64,000 nt of DNA, taken from positions 9,521 to 73,520 of the forward strand of contig NZ_JAZKRW010000002.1 of the NCBI RefSeq assembly GCF_036626415.1, written 5' to 3'. Below are positions 49,027 through 59,055 of the stretch, in pieces. This stretch comes from Salinibacter sp. (lineage in GTDB: Bacteria > Bacteroidota > Rhodothermia > Rhodothermales > Salinibacteraceae). The notes under the pieces are model-generated. The model did not search any database. It was not told where the DNA came from and saw only the letters and a list, made by a program, of their open reading frames with translations. The number at the start of each line of letters is the position of its first letter. The first letter of the stretch is position 1. Made by a program: the position numbers and the translations under genes.

Positions 49027-49449
49027 AACTGGAGCCAACGTTTACAAACGACGAACGGACGATGGGTCTCCCTCAATCTCTTCGTTCACACGGCGACCGC
49101 AAGAGCCCACGGCAGACCACTCCGAGCGACAGCGAAAGGCTCCTTGGACGAAGACTGTCTCTTCAGCGAGGTCGTGGGCGAGCCCGTGGACGTATAAGAT
49201 TAGATGTCACATGCCCCCGTGTAGGCGAGCTGCCAGCGGCCCACGAGGACACCTCGCAATTTCGTGATTCTCAGGGTAAGTGCTGGCACGGGAAGTCTCA
49301 TCTCATTCACCGAGACCTCAAGGTTGCGGGGACCTGGCGGGTCGTTAACCCTCCAATTTTTCATCCACGACGAATGAACGGCTGCCCCAAACTCGTGTAT
49401 GTTGGCGTGTCATCTGTTTCACAGTCTTTGCCGAACGCCTCGCCCAGTA

Positions 49450-49737
49450 ATGCCCGACGATACGCTTTACAAATTTGAACGAGACATGTCGCGTGCGGAT
49501 GTTGCCACGTACCTTCGCACCGTGGCGGACGAGTTGGAAGGCTCCGGAGAGCTCGACTTCTCATCCAAGGAGCAATCCATGACGATTCGAGTCCCAGACC
49601 ACGTGGAATTCGAGGTGGAGCTCGACCGTGAATCGAACGACCGGGGCTCCTCCGAGATCAGTCTCGAACTTGAGATTGAGTGGTACGAGACCCGCGACGG
49701 AAGCATTGCGGGCCCCGGTTCGCTAGACACAGAATAA
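49450..49737 (+). CDS. Amphi-Trp domain protein
   Basis: MSRADVATYLRTVADEL..., V.FEVE..., LELEIEW: the amphipathic helix plus C-terminal Trp pattern. Confidence 0.8.
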   Translation: MPDDTLYKFERDMSRADVATYLRTVADELEGSGELDFSSKEQSMTIRVPDHVEFEVELDRESNDRGSSEISLELEIEWYETRDGSIAGPGSLDTE

Positions 49738-49828
49738 TCCGTTGGCCCCGACTGGTTCCGCGAATTGCCGGTCCGATCCGTCCGGTTCCCTCTGTAGATC
49801 GGGTTCTCTTTCCTCATCCTCCCCTACC

Positions 49829-50389
49829 GTGACCACAACATTCTCTCGTCTCTTCGTCGCTCTCTTCTCCCTCGGTCTTCTTGCCTTCGTAGCGGCGGTC
49901 CCCGCCGCCGCCCAGGACCGCGGCACCGAGGAGGCTCGCGCCAGCCCCAACGCGGCGCTCTCCCAGACCATCGGGACCACCCAGGTTCGCCTGACCTACG
50001 GGCGGCCGCAAGTGAACGGCCGCACCATCTTTGGCGACCTGGTGCCCTACAACGAGGTCTGGCGCACCGGGGCGAACGAGGCCACCACCTTCTCCGTCTC
50101 GTCGGACGTGACCATCGAAGGCGAGTCGCTGCCCGCCGGGACCTACTCGCTCTACACAATTCCGGGGCCGGACGCCTGGACGATCATTTTTAACAACGTG
50201 GCCAACCAGTGGGGCACGCAGTACGACCAGAGCGAGGATGCCGTGCGGGTAGAAGTCGAGCCGGAATCCGCTCCCCAGCACGAGATGATGACGTTCGTGT
50301 TCGAGCAGGTCACCGACACCTCCGGGACGTGTGTTCTCTACTGGGCCGATGTGCGCGTGCCCTTTGAGGTCCAAGTCGCAGGAAACTAG
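49829..50389 (+). CDS. DUF2911 domain secreted protein
   Basis: Signal peptide, then RASP, YGRP, FGDLVPY.EVWRTGANEAT, AGTYSLYTIP, WTIIFN, WG..Y. Confidence 0.88.
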   Translation: MTTTFSRLFVALFSLGLLAFVAAVPAAAQDRGTEEARASPNAALSQTIGTTQVRLTYGRPQVNGRTIFGDLVPYNEVWRTGANEATTFSVSSDVTIEGESLPAGTYSLYTIPGPDAWTIIFNNVANQWGTQYDQSEDAVRVEVEPESAPQHEMMTFVFEQVTDTSGTCVLYWADVRVPFEVQVAGN

Positions 50390-50450
50390 CGCGCAAACCC
50401 GTTCTGCGCTGCTTTTGCACCGTCTTGCTCCACACGACCGGTCCGCCCTT

Positions 50451-50798
50451 ATGCCCGACGACTCTCAAGACGAAGTCACCTTTGTCTACGAAGACGCCGA
50501 CACGGTCCACACCATCACCGCAACCGGGGCACACGGCGGGCCGTCGCCGGACGGGGCGTCGGTCGTGGCCAACCTGTACGTGGAACGCAGCAGCATTCCC
50601 CACCACGTGAGCCATCAGATCGACGAGAACGGTCAGGTTGACCTCAGTGAGCGCAGCGAACAGGTTGTGCGGGGGGAGCTGACCCGTGAGGTGCAGGCGT
50701 CTCTGGTCATGACACCCGAGCACGCCATGCAGCTGGGCCGATGGCTCCAGAAAAATGCCCGCCAGGCCATGCAGCAGCGAGAACAGACCTTCAACTGA
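50451..50798 (+). CDS. Hypothetical protein
   Basis: 115 aa acidic protein (GAHGGPSPDG..VANLYVER; LVMTPEHA..LGRWL) with host-like codon usage. Confidence 0.7.
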   Translation: MPDDSQDEVTFVYEDADTVHTITATGAHGGPSPDGASVVANLYVERSSIPHHVSHQIDENGQVDLSERSEQVVRGELTREVQASLVMTPEHAMQLGRWLQKNARQAMQQREQTFN

Positions 50799-50869
50799 GT
50801 GTGCGTTGCTACGGGCCGGGACGCCAGCCTTCCGGCCGGTCCAATGTAACGGGTTTACCCTGAGTCCCT

Positions 50870-51139
50870 ATGGAGCGCTGCCCCTCCTGCGGTGCCCACC
50901 GCGAGCCATCGGACGACTTCTGCCCGGTTTGTGGAGAGACCCTGACGCAGGTTCACCTCTCGGAGGCCACGGGCCCCCCGTGGCATGAGCGCACCGGATG
51001 GCTCGGGCTTCTCGTGCTCGTGTGCTGGCCCGCGGCCTTGTACGGGGTTTACAAGCGCGGAGCGTGGACGCGCCCCGCAGACCTGCTTCTTCTCGGCGGG
51101 TGCCTCGGAATGGCCGTCGTGTGGGGGCTGCTCCTCTGA
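50870..51139 (+). CDS. Zinc-ribbon membrane protein
   Basis: CPSCG...CPVCG followed by two TM segments. Confidence 0.7.
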   Translation: MERCPSCGAHREPSDDFCPVCGETLTQVHLSEATGPPWHERTGWLGLLVLVCWPAALYGVYKRGAWTRPADLLLLGGCLGMAVVWGLLL

Positions 51140-51161
51140 CACCGACGGGCCGTCGTCCCCC

Positions 51162-53468
51162 TTACTTCGTGCCCGGGCCCTGCTCCGTCACAATCGGGGC
51201 GTCAAGCAACGCGTCCGGAATGCCAAACGCGTTGACCAAGGCCTCCGCCTGCGGACGCACCTCGTCGCACAGGTCATTTACGGCTCCCCGAATGGCCTTG
51301 GCTTTCGACGCACTGACGTATCCGGCCTCCAAGAACCAGTCCAGGTCGGCCTCTATGCGGGACAGTGCAAACAGACGGCGGAGGGCCGTGAGCGTATCTC
51401 GAAGGTCCGCGTCGTCCACCTTCTCGACCGCATCCGCGAAGCGTTCCAGCACCACCCGCTCCGCCTCCGCCCGGGCGCACTGCACGAGGTGATCCTGCAC
51501 GTCCACGAACGCGTCGAACGGCTCCGTGCCGTCGTCAATGCGGCGCTGGAGGCGCCGCCCCACGTTCTGAAGCTGTTTCTCGGCGCGATACGTGAGGGCG
51601 CTCTGTTGGAACGTGAGTGCCCGGAGGTGCTCTGGGTCGGTCTTGCGCGTGACGACCGGATTGCGCTCCTGCACCTGGGTCGCCATTTCGTCGGCCACGA
51701 AGCGCGCCATGCTCAACAGGTTCATGTCCCGAAACTCCCGCTGGAAGTCCGAAAGCAGCCCTTTGGCCACCTGCAGCATGAGCACGGTATTGTCCCCTTC
51801 GAACGTCGTGAAGATGTCCGTGTCGGCCCGGAGGCGCCCGATGCGGGTATCGGCGCGGTAGCCCTGACCGCCACACGCCTCGCGCGCCTCCTGCAAGGTG
51901 GAGCTGGTGTGCCACGTGGCGTATGCCTTTAGGGCGTTGGCCTCCGCCTCGATGGCCTCCAGCGACTCGCCGCGCCCCTTCCGCGCAAACCGCGCCGTGA
52001 GGTCGTCGAGCGCAAAGTGGAGGGCGTAGGTCGTCGCCAGGCGCGGGAGGAGCCGCCGCTTGTGGGTGCGGTAGTCGAGGAGAGGCACCTCCGGCTCGTC
52101 TTTCGGGCCAAATTGCCGGCGGCGATTGCCGTAGCGCACGGCGATCGTGAGGCCCGACTTCGCCGCACTCAGTCCCGCCCGTGCCACGCTGATGCGCCCG
52201 CCGATCAGGGTGCTCAGCATGGTGAAGAAGCGCTTGCCGGAACTCGGAATCGGGCTGTCATAGGTGCCATCCGGGGCGACCTGGGCGTAGCGGTCGAGCA
52301 GGTTCTCCCGCGGGATGCGCACCTGGTCGAACCAGAGGCGCCCGTTGTCCACGCCGTTGAGGCCGACCTTTTCGCCACAGTCTTCGATGCGGATGCGCGG
52401 CTGCGGGGTGCCGTCGTCCGACCGGAGGGGCACGAGGAAGGCGTGAACCCCGTGCTCTTCCCCGTTGGTCTGGAGCTGGGCAAAGACGGTCGCCACCTGC
52501 CCGTGGGCCGCGGCGTTGCCAATCCATTCCTTTCGGGCGCCGTCGTGGGGCGTGTTGATCACAAACTCTTCGGCCGCGGGGTCGTAGCGGGCCGTCGTCT
52601 CCAGTTCCCGCACGTTCGAGCCGTGCCCCCACTCCGTCATGGCGAAGCAGCCGGGCAGGTCGAGGGTGCCCACCTGTTCCAGGTAGGCCTCGTGGTGGCG
52701 CTCCGTCCCGAGGTGATGGATGCTGCCCCCAAACAGGCCAAACTGCACGCCAAACTTGATGACCAGGCTCAGGTCGTGGTAGGCGAGCGTCTCAAAAGCG
52801 ACAATAAACTTCTCCATGTCGCCGCCCCCGCCATAGTCTTCGGGGAAGGCCAACGCCCCGAGCCCCTGGTCGGCCAGGTGCTCGCACCAGTCGAGGACCT
52901 GCTCGCGATAGGCGTCTGTGCCCAACTCGTCCCGGTACGCGAACGCAGGATCCTGGAGCAGTGTGCGGATGTGCTCGCGCAGATCCGCGTGGGGGCCGTC
53001 GAGCAGGCGCTGCATCCCGTCTGGATCAAACGGCGCCTCCGGCTCCACGGGCGGCGGCTCGGGGCGTTCGCCCAGCAGGTCGCACACCACCGCTTCTCCG
53101 TTGATGTCCAACGCCGCCTCAATGTCTTCTAGGGCCCGACGGGAAGCGTCCGGCAGGGCCGCCCCGTCGCCCCCGACCGTTGCAAGGGCCACGCCCAGTT
53201 CTGCGAGCGAGCACCGCGTTGTGACGGCGGCGTCCTTCGCCCCGTCCCGCAACGCTCGAACCCACCGGAAGTACTGTGTGGCCGTGGGGGGCGACTGGGG
53301 GTCGAGATGACTGCAGATCTCTTCGCGGGCAGCGGCGTCGAGCCAGTCCTGGGCGCGGAGGTGACTGCGAATCGTCTCGGCCTCGGATGGCGTGAGCACA
53401 CCGTCGGCCCAGGCGACATACAGCAACGGAAGGACGGCGCGCACGCTTGGGGAGGCTGTGTCGAGCAT
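51162..53468 (-). CDS. Acyl-CoA oxidase/dehydrogenase family protein with an extra N-terminal helical (TerB-like) domain
   Basis: GCFAMTEWGHGSNV, GLNGVDNG, REACGGQG, TFEGDNTVL; N-terminal LYVAWADGVLTPSE. Confidence 0.88.
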   Translation of the reverse strand: MLDTASPSVRAVLPLLYVAWADGVLTPSEAETIRSHLRAQDWLDAAAREEICSHLDPQSPPTATQYFRWVRALRDGAKDAAVTTRCSLAELGVALATVGGDGAALPDASRRALEDIEAALDINGEAVVCDLLGERPEPPPVEPEAPFDPDGMQRLLDGPHADLREHIRTLLQDPAFAYRDELGTDAYREQVLDWCEHLADQGLGALAFPEDYGGGGDMEKFIVAFETLAYHDLSLVIKFGVQFGLFGGSIHHLGTERHHEAYLEQVGTLDLPGCFAMTEWGHGSNVRELETTARYDPAAEEFVINTPHDGARKEWIGNAAAHGQVATVFAQLQTNGEEHGVHAFLVPLRSDDGTPQPRIRIEDCGEKVGLNGVDNGRLWFDQVRIPRENLLDRYAQVAPDGTYDSPIPSSGKRFFTMLSTLIGGRISVARAGLSAAKSGLTIAVRYGNRRRQFGPKDEPEVPLLDYRTHKRRLLPRLATTYALHFALDDLTARFARKGRGESLEAIEAEANALKAYATWHTSSTLQEAREACGGQGYRADTRIGRLRADTDIFTTFEGDNTVLMLQVAKGLLSDFQREFRDMNLLSMARFVADEMATQVQERNPVVTRKTDPEHLRALTFQQSALTYRAEKQLQNVGRRLQRRIDDGTEPFDAFVDVQDHLVQCARAEAERVVLERFADAVEKVDDADLRDTLTALRRLFALSRIEADLDWFLEAGYVSASKAKAIRGAVNDLCDEVRPQAEALVNAFGIPDALLDAPIVTEQGPGTK

Positions 53469-53524
53469 GACGGCAAAAAGGAATCTAAAAAAGACACCGA
53501 AGACGACGCCCCAGCTTCCCTCCG

Positions 53525-54589
53525 TCAGGCCGTCCGCATGTGCTGGGAGTGCTCGTGGACGGCGTCGACGAAGACGCGGGCCTGCTCGGGGTCGTGGTCC
53601 GGCAGCATGCCGTGGCCCAGGTTGCCGATGTGATGGTGCGGGCCGAACCCCGCCAACATATGTTGCACCTCACGCCGCAGGACGTCGGGCGGAGCGTACA
53701 ACCCACAGGGGTCGAGGTTGCCCTGCAGGACGGCCCGATCGCCGACCGTGTCGCGAGCGGCGGCCGGATCCATCGTAGAGTCCAGGCTAATGACATCGTA
53801 GTCCGTGTCCGCCAGCGCGTCGAGGGCGTAGTGCGCTCCCTTGGCGAAGACGACGAGCGGCACGTCGGGATGTGCCGCCTTCACTCGCGACGCGATCTCA
53901 GCGAGGTACGGCAGGCAGAACGTCCGGAAGTTCTCGGGGGTGTGGAGGCCCGCCCACGAGTCAAAGACCTGCAGCATCTGGGCTCCGGCCTCCACCTGCC
54001 GGATTAGATAGTCGACAATCACGTCCGTCGTGCGCTGAAGCAGGGCCTTGCTGGCGTCGGGGTGGCGGTAGAGCCAGCGCCGGGCGGCCCGATACGACTT
54101 GCTGCCCCCCCCTTCCACCATGTATGCCATGAGCGTCCACGGCGCCCCGGAGAAGCCAATGAGCGGCACGCGCCCGGCCAATTTGTGCCGCGTCGCCGTG
54201 AGCGCCGCAAACACATGCTCCAGGGCCGTCTCGACCTCCGGCTCCACGAGACGCTCCATTTCGTCGGGCGTCGTGAGGGGCGCCGGAAACGTCGGCCCCT
54301 GCCCCGACACCATCTTGACCGTGAGGCCCATGGCCTCGGGCACGACCATGATGTCACAGAAGAGGATCGCCGCGTCGATGGCAAAGCGTTCCACGGGCTG
54401 GATGGTCACTTCCGCCGCGAGGTCGGGCGTCTCCACAACCTCGAAAAACCCATGCTCTTCCCGAATCGCCCGATACTCGGGGAGGTACCGGCCGGCCTGT
54501 CGCATCATCCAGACGGGCGTGCAGTCGGTGCTCTCCCCGCGGGCAGCGCGAAGCAGGCGGTCGTTGTCGAGGGGCGGAAAGGAGGCCAT
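53525..54589 (-). CDS. hemE: Uroporphyrinogen decarboxylase
   Basis: PVWMMRQAGRYLPEY, DAAILFCDI, LIGFSGAPWTL, QVFDSWAG, QGNLDP, NLGHG. Confidence 0.97.
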   Translation of the reverse strand: MASFPPLDNDRLLRAARGESTDCTPVWMMRQAGRYLPEYRAIREEHGFFEVVETPDLAAEVTIQPVERFAIDAAILFCDIMVVPEAMGLTVKMVSGQGPTFPAPLTTPDEMERLVEPEVETALEHVFAALTATRHKLAGRVPLIGFSGAPWTLMAYMVEGGGSKSYRAARRWLYRHPDASKALLQRTTDVIVDYLIRQVEAGAQMLQVFDSWAGLHTPENFRTFCLPYLAEIASRVKAAHPDVPLVVFAKGAHYALDALADTDYDVISLDSTMDPAAARDTVGDRAVLQGNLDPCGLYAPPDVLRREVQHMLAGFGPHHHIGNLGHGMLPDHDPEQARVFVDAVHEHSQHMRTA

Positions 54590-54679
54590 GTACGAGGGGG
54601 CGGGTCCGAAAGGATGAAGGGGTGCTGAGGTGACCGGCGCGAGGCGACTCTCGATGATCGCGTTGCCCCGCGAGAGGGC

Positions 54680-55549
54680 CTATTCGTACAAGTGCGTGCG
54701 CAGGAAGTCGGTCGTGCGGGCCCAGGCCTGTTCGGCGGCCGCCGGGTCGTAGCGCTCCCCCGACGGGTTCGCGAACGCGTGGCCGGCCTCGTACTCGTGG
54801 TACGACAACGGCTTCTCGGCGTCCTTCATTCGGTCTCGGAAGCTCCGGGCCGCATCGATCGAGACGGCCCGGTCCTGCGTGCCGAAGTGGGCAAGGATCG
54901 GGGCCTCCAGCGCCTGCAGGGCGTCGCCGGTAAGGGGGTCCGGCGTGCCGTAGTAGGCCACGGCCGCGTCGAAGGCGGACGGCTCCGCCGCGAGCGTCCG
55001 GTACGTCATTCCCCCGCCAAAGCACCACCCCAGCAGGGCGGTGCGGGGCGCGTCGGCCTTGGAGGCCAAGTGGGCACGCCCTGCCTGCACATTCTCGACA
55101 AGCCGCGACGGCTCCTCCATCGCCTGCCCCATGAGTGCCTGGGCCGAGTCCGGCGTTTCAGCCACGGCGTCGCCGTACAGGTCCACGGCCAAGGCGCGGT
55201 AGCCCTGCCCCGCGAGTCGGCGCGTGGCGGCCCGGACGTTGTCGTTGAGGCCCCACCACTCGTGGATCACCACGATGCCGGGGAGCGCGTCGCCCCCTTG
55301 GGCGGACCGCACCGAGTCCACGTTGGCGGGCGCGGCAAGGTAGCCGGTGTGGGCCGTTCCGTCCTCCTGTCCATAGTCCACGGTGCGTCCCTCAACCGGA
55401 ATTTCGGGGGCCTGGGCGGCATCGGTGGCCGTGGGCGTATCGCCCTCGTGCTCTTCCGCCATGCGTTCGGCCTCGGAGCCCCCATCGGAGCCACAGCCGG
55501 CGAGCAGGGGGAGTGCACAAAGGATCAGCAGCGCAGTGAAACGGGGCAT
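54680..55549 (-). CDS. Dienelactone hydrolase family lipoprotein
   Basis: Lipobox LLAGC; IHEWWGLN, GWCFGG (Cys nucleophile), YEAGHAF. Confidence 0.9.
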   Translation of the reverse strand: MPRFTALLILCALPLLAGCGSDGGSEAERMAEEHEGDTPTATDAAQAPEIPVEGRTVDYGQEDGTAHTGYLAAPANVDSVRSAQGGDALPGIVVIHEWWGLNDNVRAATRRLAGQGYRALAVDLYGDAVAETPDSAQALMGQAMEEPSRLVENVQAGRAHLASKADAPRTALLGWCFGGGMTYRTLAAEPSAFDAAVAYYGTPDPLTGDALQALEAPILAHFGTQDRAVSIDAARSFRDRMKDAEKPLSYHEYEAGHAFANPSGERYDPAAAEQAWARTTDFLRTHLYE

Positions 55550-55757
55550 GGGAACAGTGGCGTTTGGGAAATCCTGGCGAGCATCGACGGCCGGGGCGCC
55601 GTCCATCTCAAGAGGGAGCCAAGTGCTAGCCCAATACGGCCCAGTTTCTACTGGTTCCATCCAAGAGTTGGGCCAAGTGCAGGCGCCTTGCCGAACCATC
55701 GCCGGGGCGGAAGGTTCGGAAGACGAACGAAATGCCGCGGTCTGGTTTTGTGTGTTT

Positions 55758-56411
55758 GTGACTGCCCCCGCCCTCTCATACACCGGCGAACTGGGCCGAA
55801 AAGCCCTCCACCTGCTTGCCCTGGTCATTCCGTTCAGCGCGTGGGCGGTCGGGATGCCGGGAGCACTGTACATCCTCGTCCCCGCAGCCCTCGTGGCCGT
55901 TGCCGCCGACGTGATCCGGGCCTATTCGGAATCGTTCGACAGGGGAATCCGATGGATCTTCGGGGCCCTGATGCGAACGGACGAACTGCCGGCGACCAGA
56001 ACGACGGTTCGGCTCAATGGGGCCACGTGCGTTTTGGTGGGGGCGGCCCTCATGGTGTTTCTGTTCCCCCTCCGGATTGCAGTGCCCGTCCTCGTGATGG
56101 CCATGCTGGCGGACGCGGCCGCGGCCCTCGTGGGCCGCCGGTGGGGCCGTCACACGTGGGGCGGGCGCACGGCGACCGTGGAGGGCACCGCTGCGTTCGC
56201 CGCAACGGGCCTGACCGTTATGGCCTCTTTTTCGTCCATCGCCTTCGGCCCGGCGGCCGCCGGCGTTCTGGTGGGCGCGGGGGTCGAAGCCCTCTCCCTG
56301 CCCGTCAACGACAACATCCGCGTGCCCGTGGCAGCCGCGGTGGCAGTCGTCGGCTGCGAGGCCCTCATCATGGGACGTCCCGTGACGCTGGCCCCTGTCC
56401 TTTCCCCGTAA
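55758..56411 (+). CDS. Diacylglycerol/polyprenol (phytol/dolichol) kinase family membrane protein
   Basis: ELGRKALH, ADAAAALVGRRWG, TVEGTAAF, DNIRVP. GTG start inferred. Confidence 0.8.
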   Translation: MTAPALSYTGELGRKALHLLALVIPFSAWAVGMPGALYILVPAALVAVAADVIRAYSESFDRGIRWIFGALMRTDELPATRTTVRLNGATCVLVGAALMVFLFPLRIAVPVLVMAMLADAAAALVGRRWGRHTWGGRTATVEGTAAFAATGLTVMASFSSIAFGPAAAGVLVGAGVEALSLPVNDNIRVPVAAAVAVVGCEALIMGRPVTLAPVLSP

Positions 56412-56491
56412 TGAGAGCGCGTCCACGAACCCACCAGGTTAGGGTGGGTATCACGCACAGCGACTTTTTCCCAGTCGGTCCGTCTCTTTCC

Positions 56492-57364
56492 ATGCCCGAC
56501 GAACCGGACACGACGATCCCGGCCTCCGCCCTGCGGCGCATTACCGGCCTGGAGCCGTTTCCTCAGCCCGAAATGATCCCTCTGCGCACGCCGGTCGTGC
56601 TCATGCACGGCTTCGGGGTCGGGGCCTCGTTCCGGCGGGGCGGGCACCTGCACAAAGAGGCCCTCCACCTTCGGTCGCAGGGCGTGCGGGCCGTGGCGCC
56701 CAACGTGTCCCCCTACAACACCGTCCGGGCCCGGGCGGCCACCTGGAACGACCGCCTACAGCGCGTGCTCGACGAGACGCAGGCCGATCGGCTGCTGCTC
56801 ATCGCCCACTCGATGGGCGGCCTCGACGCCCGCTACCTGATCTCGACCATGGGCTGGCACGAGGTCATCGACGCCCTCGTGACCGTCGCCACTCCCCACC
56901 GCGGCTCCTCGGTGGCCTCCCTCGTGCTCGACCAGCCCGAGCTCGTGCGCGACTGGCTCACGGACATGGCTGACTGGGTGGGGACCCACATCCTGGAGGA
57001 CGGCTCGGCGAACATCCGGCAGGCCCTCACGGAGCTCACCCCCGAACACATGGAAAATACGTTCAACCCCGAGGTGCCCAACCACCCGGACGTCGAATAT
57101 TGGTCCTACGGCTGCCGGGCCGGCAAGGGAACCGCCATCCCCATCGCCCCCATTTTTCGCTACCTGAACCGCTATCTCTACAAGGAGGAAGGAGAGAACG
57201 ACGGCATCGTGAGCGTCGACAGCGCGCGCTGGGGCGACTACCAGGGCACCGTCGACGCCGATCACGCCCGGCAGGTGGGCCTCTCGTCGGGCCTCGCCGC
57301 GGACTTTGACTCGAATGCCTTCTACACCACCATCGCACAGAACCTGGCCGACCACGGGTGGTAG
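56492..57364 (+). CDS. Triacylglycerol lipase / alpha-beta hydrolase
   Basis: PVVLMHG, IAHSMGGLDAR, TPHRGS, NDGIV, ADH..QV. Confidence 0.9.
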   Translation: MPDEPDTTIPASALRRITGLEPFPQPEMIPLRTPVVLMHGFGVGASFRRGGHLHKEALHLRSQGVRAVAPNVSPYNTVRARAATWNDRLQRVLDETQADRLLLIAHSMGGLDARYLISTMGWHEVIDALVTVATPHRGSSVASLVLDQPELVRDWLTDMADWVGTHILEDGSANIRQALTELTPEHMENTFNPEVPNHPDVEYWSYGCRAGKGTAIPIAPIFRYLNRYLYKEEGENDGIVSVDSARWGDYQGTVDADHARQVGLSSGLAADFDSNAFYTTIAQNLADHGW

Positions 57365-57436
57365 CCCGCGGCCGGCTGAGCCCGCGACCCCTCGCTTGTC
57401 CGGCGACGCGTCGCCCCAACCGCCCGTCCACACCTC

Positions 57437-58750
57437 GTGTCTTCCAACCAGCGCTTTAAGCTTTTCTCGGACCCGGTGCATGGGTTTATCTCCGTGCCGA
57501 AGACTGTGCTCATGGGCCTCGTCCAGACGCCCGAGGTCCAGCGCCTGCGCCGGATTCGCCAGCTTGGGGTGGGGCACCTCGTCTTCCCGGGGGCCGAGCA
57601 CACGCGCTTCAACCATGCGCTGGGGGCAATGGCGCTGATGCAGGACGCCCTCACCAACCTCAACGAGAAGGGCACGCCCGTGAGCCCCGAGGAGCGAACC
57701 GCCGCCCTGGCCGTGGCGCTCCTGCACGACGTGGGGCACGGGGCGTTCTCGCACACCCTCGAACACGAACTCATCGAAGACTTCTCGCACGAGGACATGA
57801 GCCGGGTCCTCTTAACGGACCTGAACGAGCGCATGGACGGCGCGCTCGACCTGGCCCTCGCCATGTTCGACGACACCTACGGCCGTCCCTTCTTCCACCA
57901 GCTGGTGTCGAGCCAGCTTGACATGGATCGGCTCGACTACCTCCGGCGCGACTCCTTCTACACCGGCGTGGCCGAGGGCGAGGTTGGAGTGCAGCGCCTG
58001 CTCAAGACCATGCGCGTGCACCCCCTTGCGGGCGATTCCGACGCGGAGGTCATGATCGAAGCCAAAGGCATCTACGCCGTCGAAAACTTCCTCATCTCGC
58101 GTCGGCTCATGTACTGGCAGGTCTACCTCCACAAGACCGTGCTGGCCGGCGACGAGCTGCTGCGGGGCATCCTGCACCGCGCACGGACCCACCTCGGCGC
58201 CGGGACCACCCCCGACTGGCTTCAACGTGGCTCCCGCGCCCTGCTCTTTTTTCTCGACCACGACGTCCACGTCGACGCGATCGACACCCCTGAGGTCCGC
58301 GACCACTATCTGCAGCTCGACGACACCGACGTCCTCTTCAGCCTCAAGCAGTGGATCCAAGGCCCGGACCCGGTGCTGGCCGACTTGTGTCGTCGCTTCA
58401 TCAACCGTGTCTTCCTGCGCGTCCGCTTCCTGCCTCAGCGCCCCAGCGAGGCGCGGATGGCCGACTGGCGCACGAAGGTAGCGGACTGGCTCGTGGACGA
58501 AGAGCTCGTGGCCCGATCGGAGGCCGAGGCCGCCGCCCGGCACTACCTCACCCTCAACGTGTCGCGCCACACCGCCTACGACAGTGACGAGGAACTGATC
58601 GGCATCTTGGGGCGAGACGGCACCGCCCGCGAGCTCTCTGAGATGGCCGACACCACCACCATCTCGGACCTTACCGGGTTCGTGGAGAAGCCCTACGTGT
58701 GCTTCCCAAAGCCGGTCGACCTCGACCTTAGCGCTGTCTCCGGCCGCTGA
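57437..58750 (+). CDS. HD-domain phosphohydrolase (dNTP triphosphohydrolase-like)
   Basis: DPVHG, QRLRRIRQLG, HTRFNHALG, LLHDVGHG, DMDRLDYL.RDS, MYWQVYLHK. Confidence 0.92.
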   Translation: MSSNQRFKLFSDPVHGFISVPKTVLMGLVQTPEVQRLRRIRQLGVGHLVFPGAEHTRFNHALGAMALMQDALTNLNEKGTPVSPEERTAALAVALLHDVGHGAFSHTLEHELIEDFSHEDMSRVLLTDLNERMDGALDLALAMFDDTYGRPFFHQLVSSQLDMDRLDYLRRDSFYTGVAEGEVGVQRLLKTMRVHPLAGDSDAEVMIEAKGIYAVENFLISRRLMYWQVYLHKTVLAGDELLRGILHRARTHLGAGTTPDWLQRGSRALLFFLDHDVHVDAIDTPEVRDHYLQLDDTDVLFSLKQWIQGPDPVLADLCRRFINRVFLRVRFLPQRPSEARMADWRTKVADWLVDEELVARSEAEAAARHYLTLNVSRHTAYDSDEELIGILGRDGTARELSEMADTTTISDLTGFVEKPYVCFPKPVDLDLSAVSGR

Positions 58751-59055
58751 TCGAAGACCGTCTTCTCCTGTCGGGGAACCACACCTGTACGTGACGCGAG
58801 TCCTTTAACATTCAGGGGTGCTGGCTTCCGTCCCGGATCCCTCGGGGGCACCTGGCCGATCTCCGCGGTTAAAGATGGGTTTTCGTTGCCCGATCCGCCC
58901 CCGCACCTGATCGGCGGCCAGTCTCCAGCCAAGCCCTTTCCATGTTGGGTCCAAAGAACAGGAGCGGGCGATTGATCGCACGAGCCGTCCCACTCATCGC
59001 GCACCGGGCATCTCGGCCCCGAACTGGGCCGTAGGAGCCTCTGCAATCGAGGATG

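Noticed and set aside
49040-49450. Na+, c-di-AMP or fluoride riboswitch upstream of mrpF
   Set aside because: Only a small GGGTT/GACCC hairpin was seen; I could not match a riboswitch consensus. An Rfam scan would settle it.
54692-56491. Apparent 890-aa ORF ending in the lipase
   Set aside because: The upstream 600 codons overlap the antisense dienelactone hydrolase and, in another frame, the kinase gene. The lipase has its own plausible ATG at 56492.
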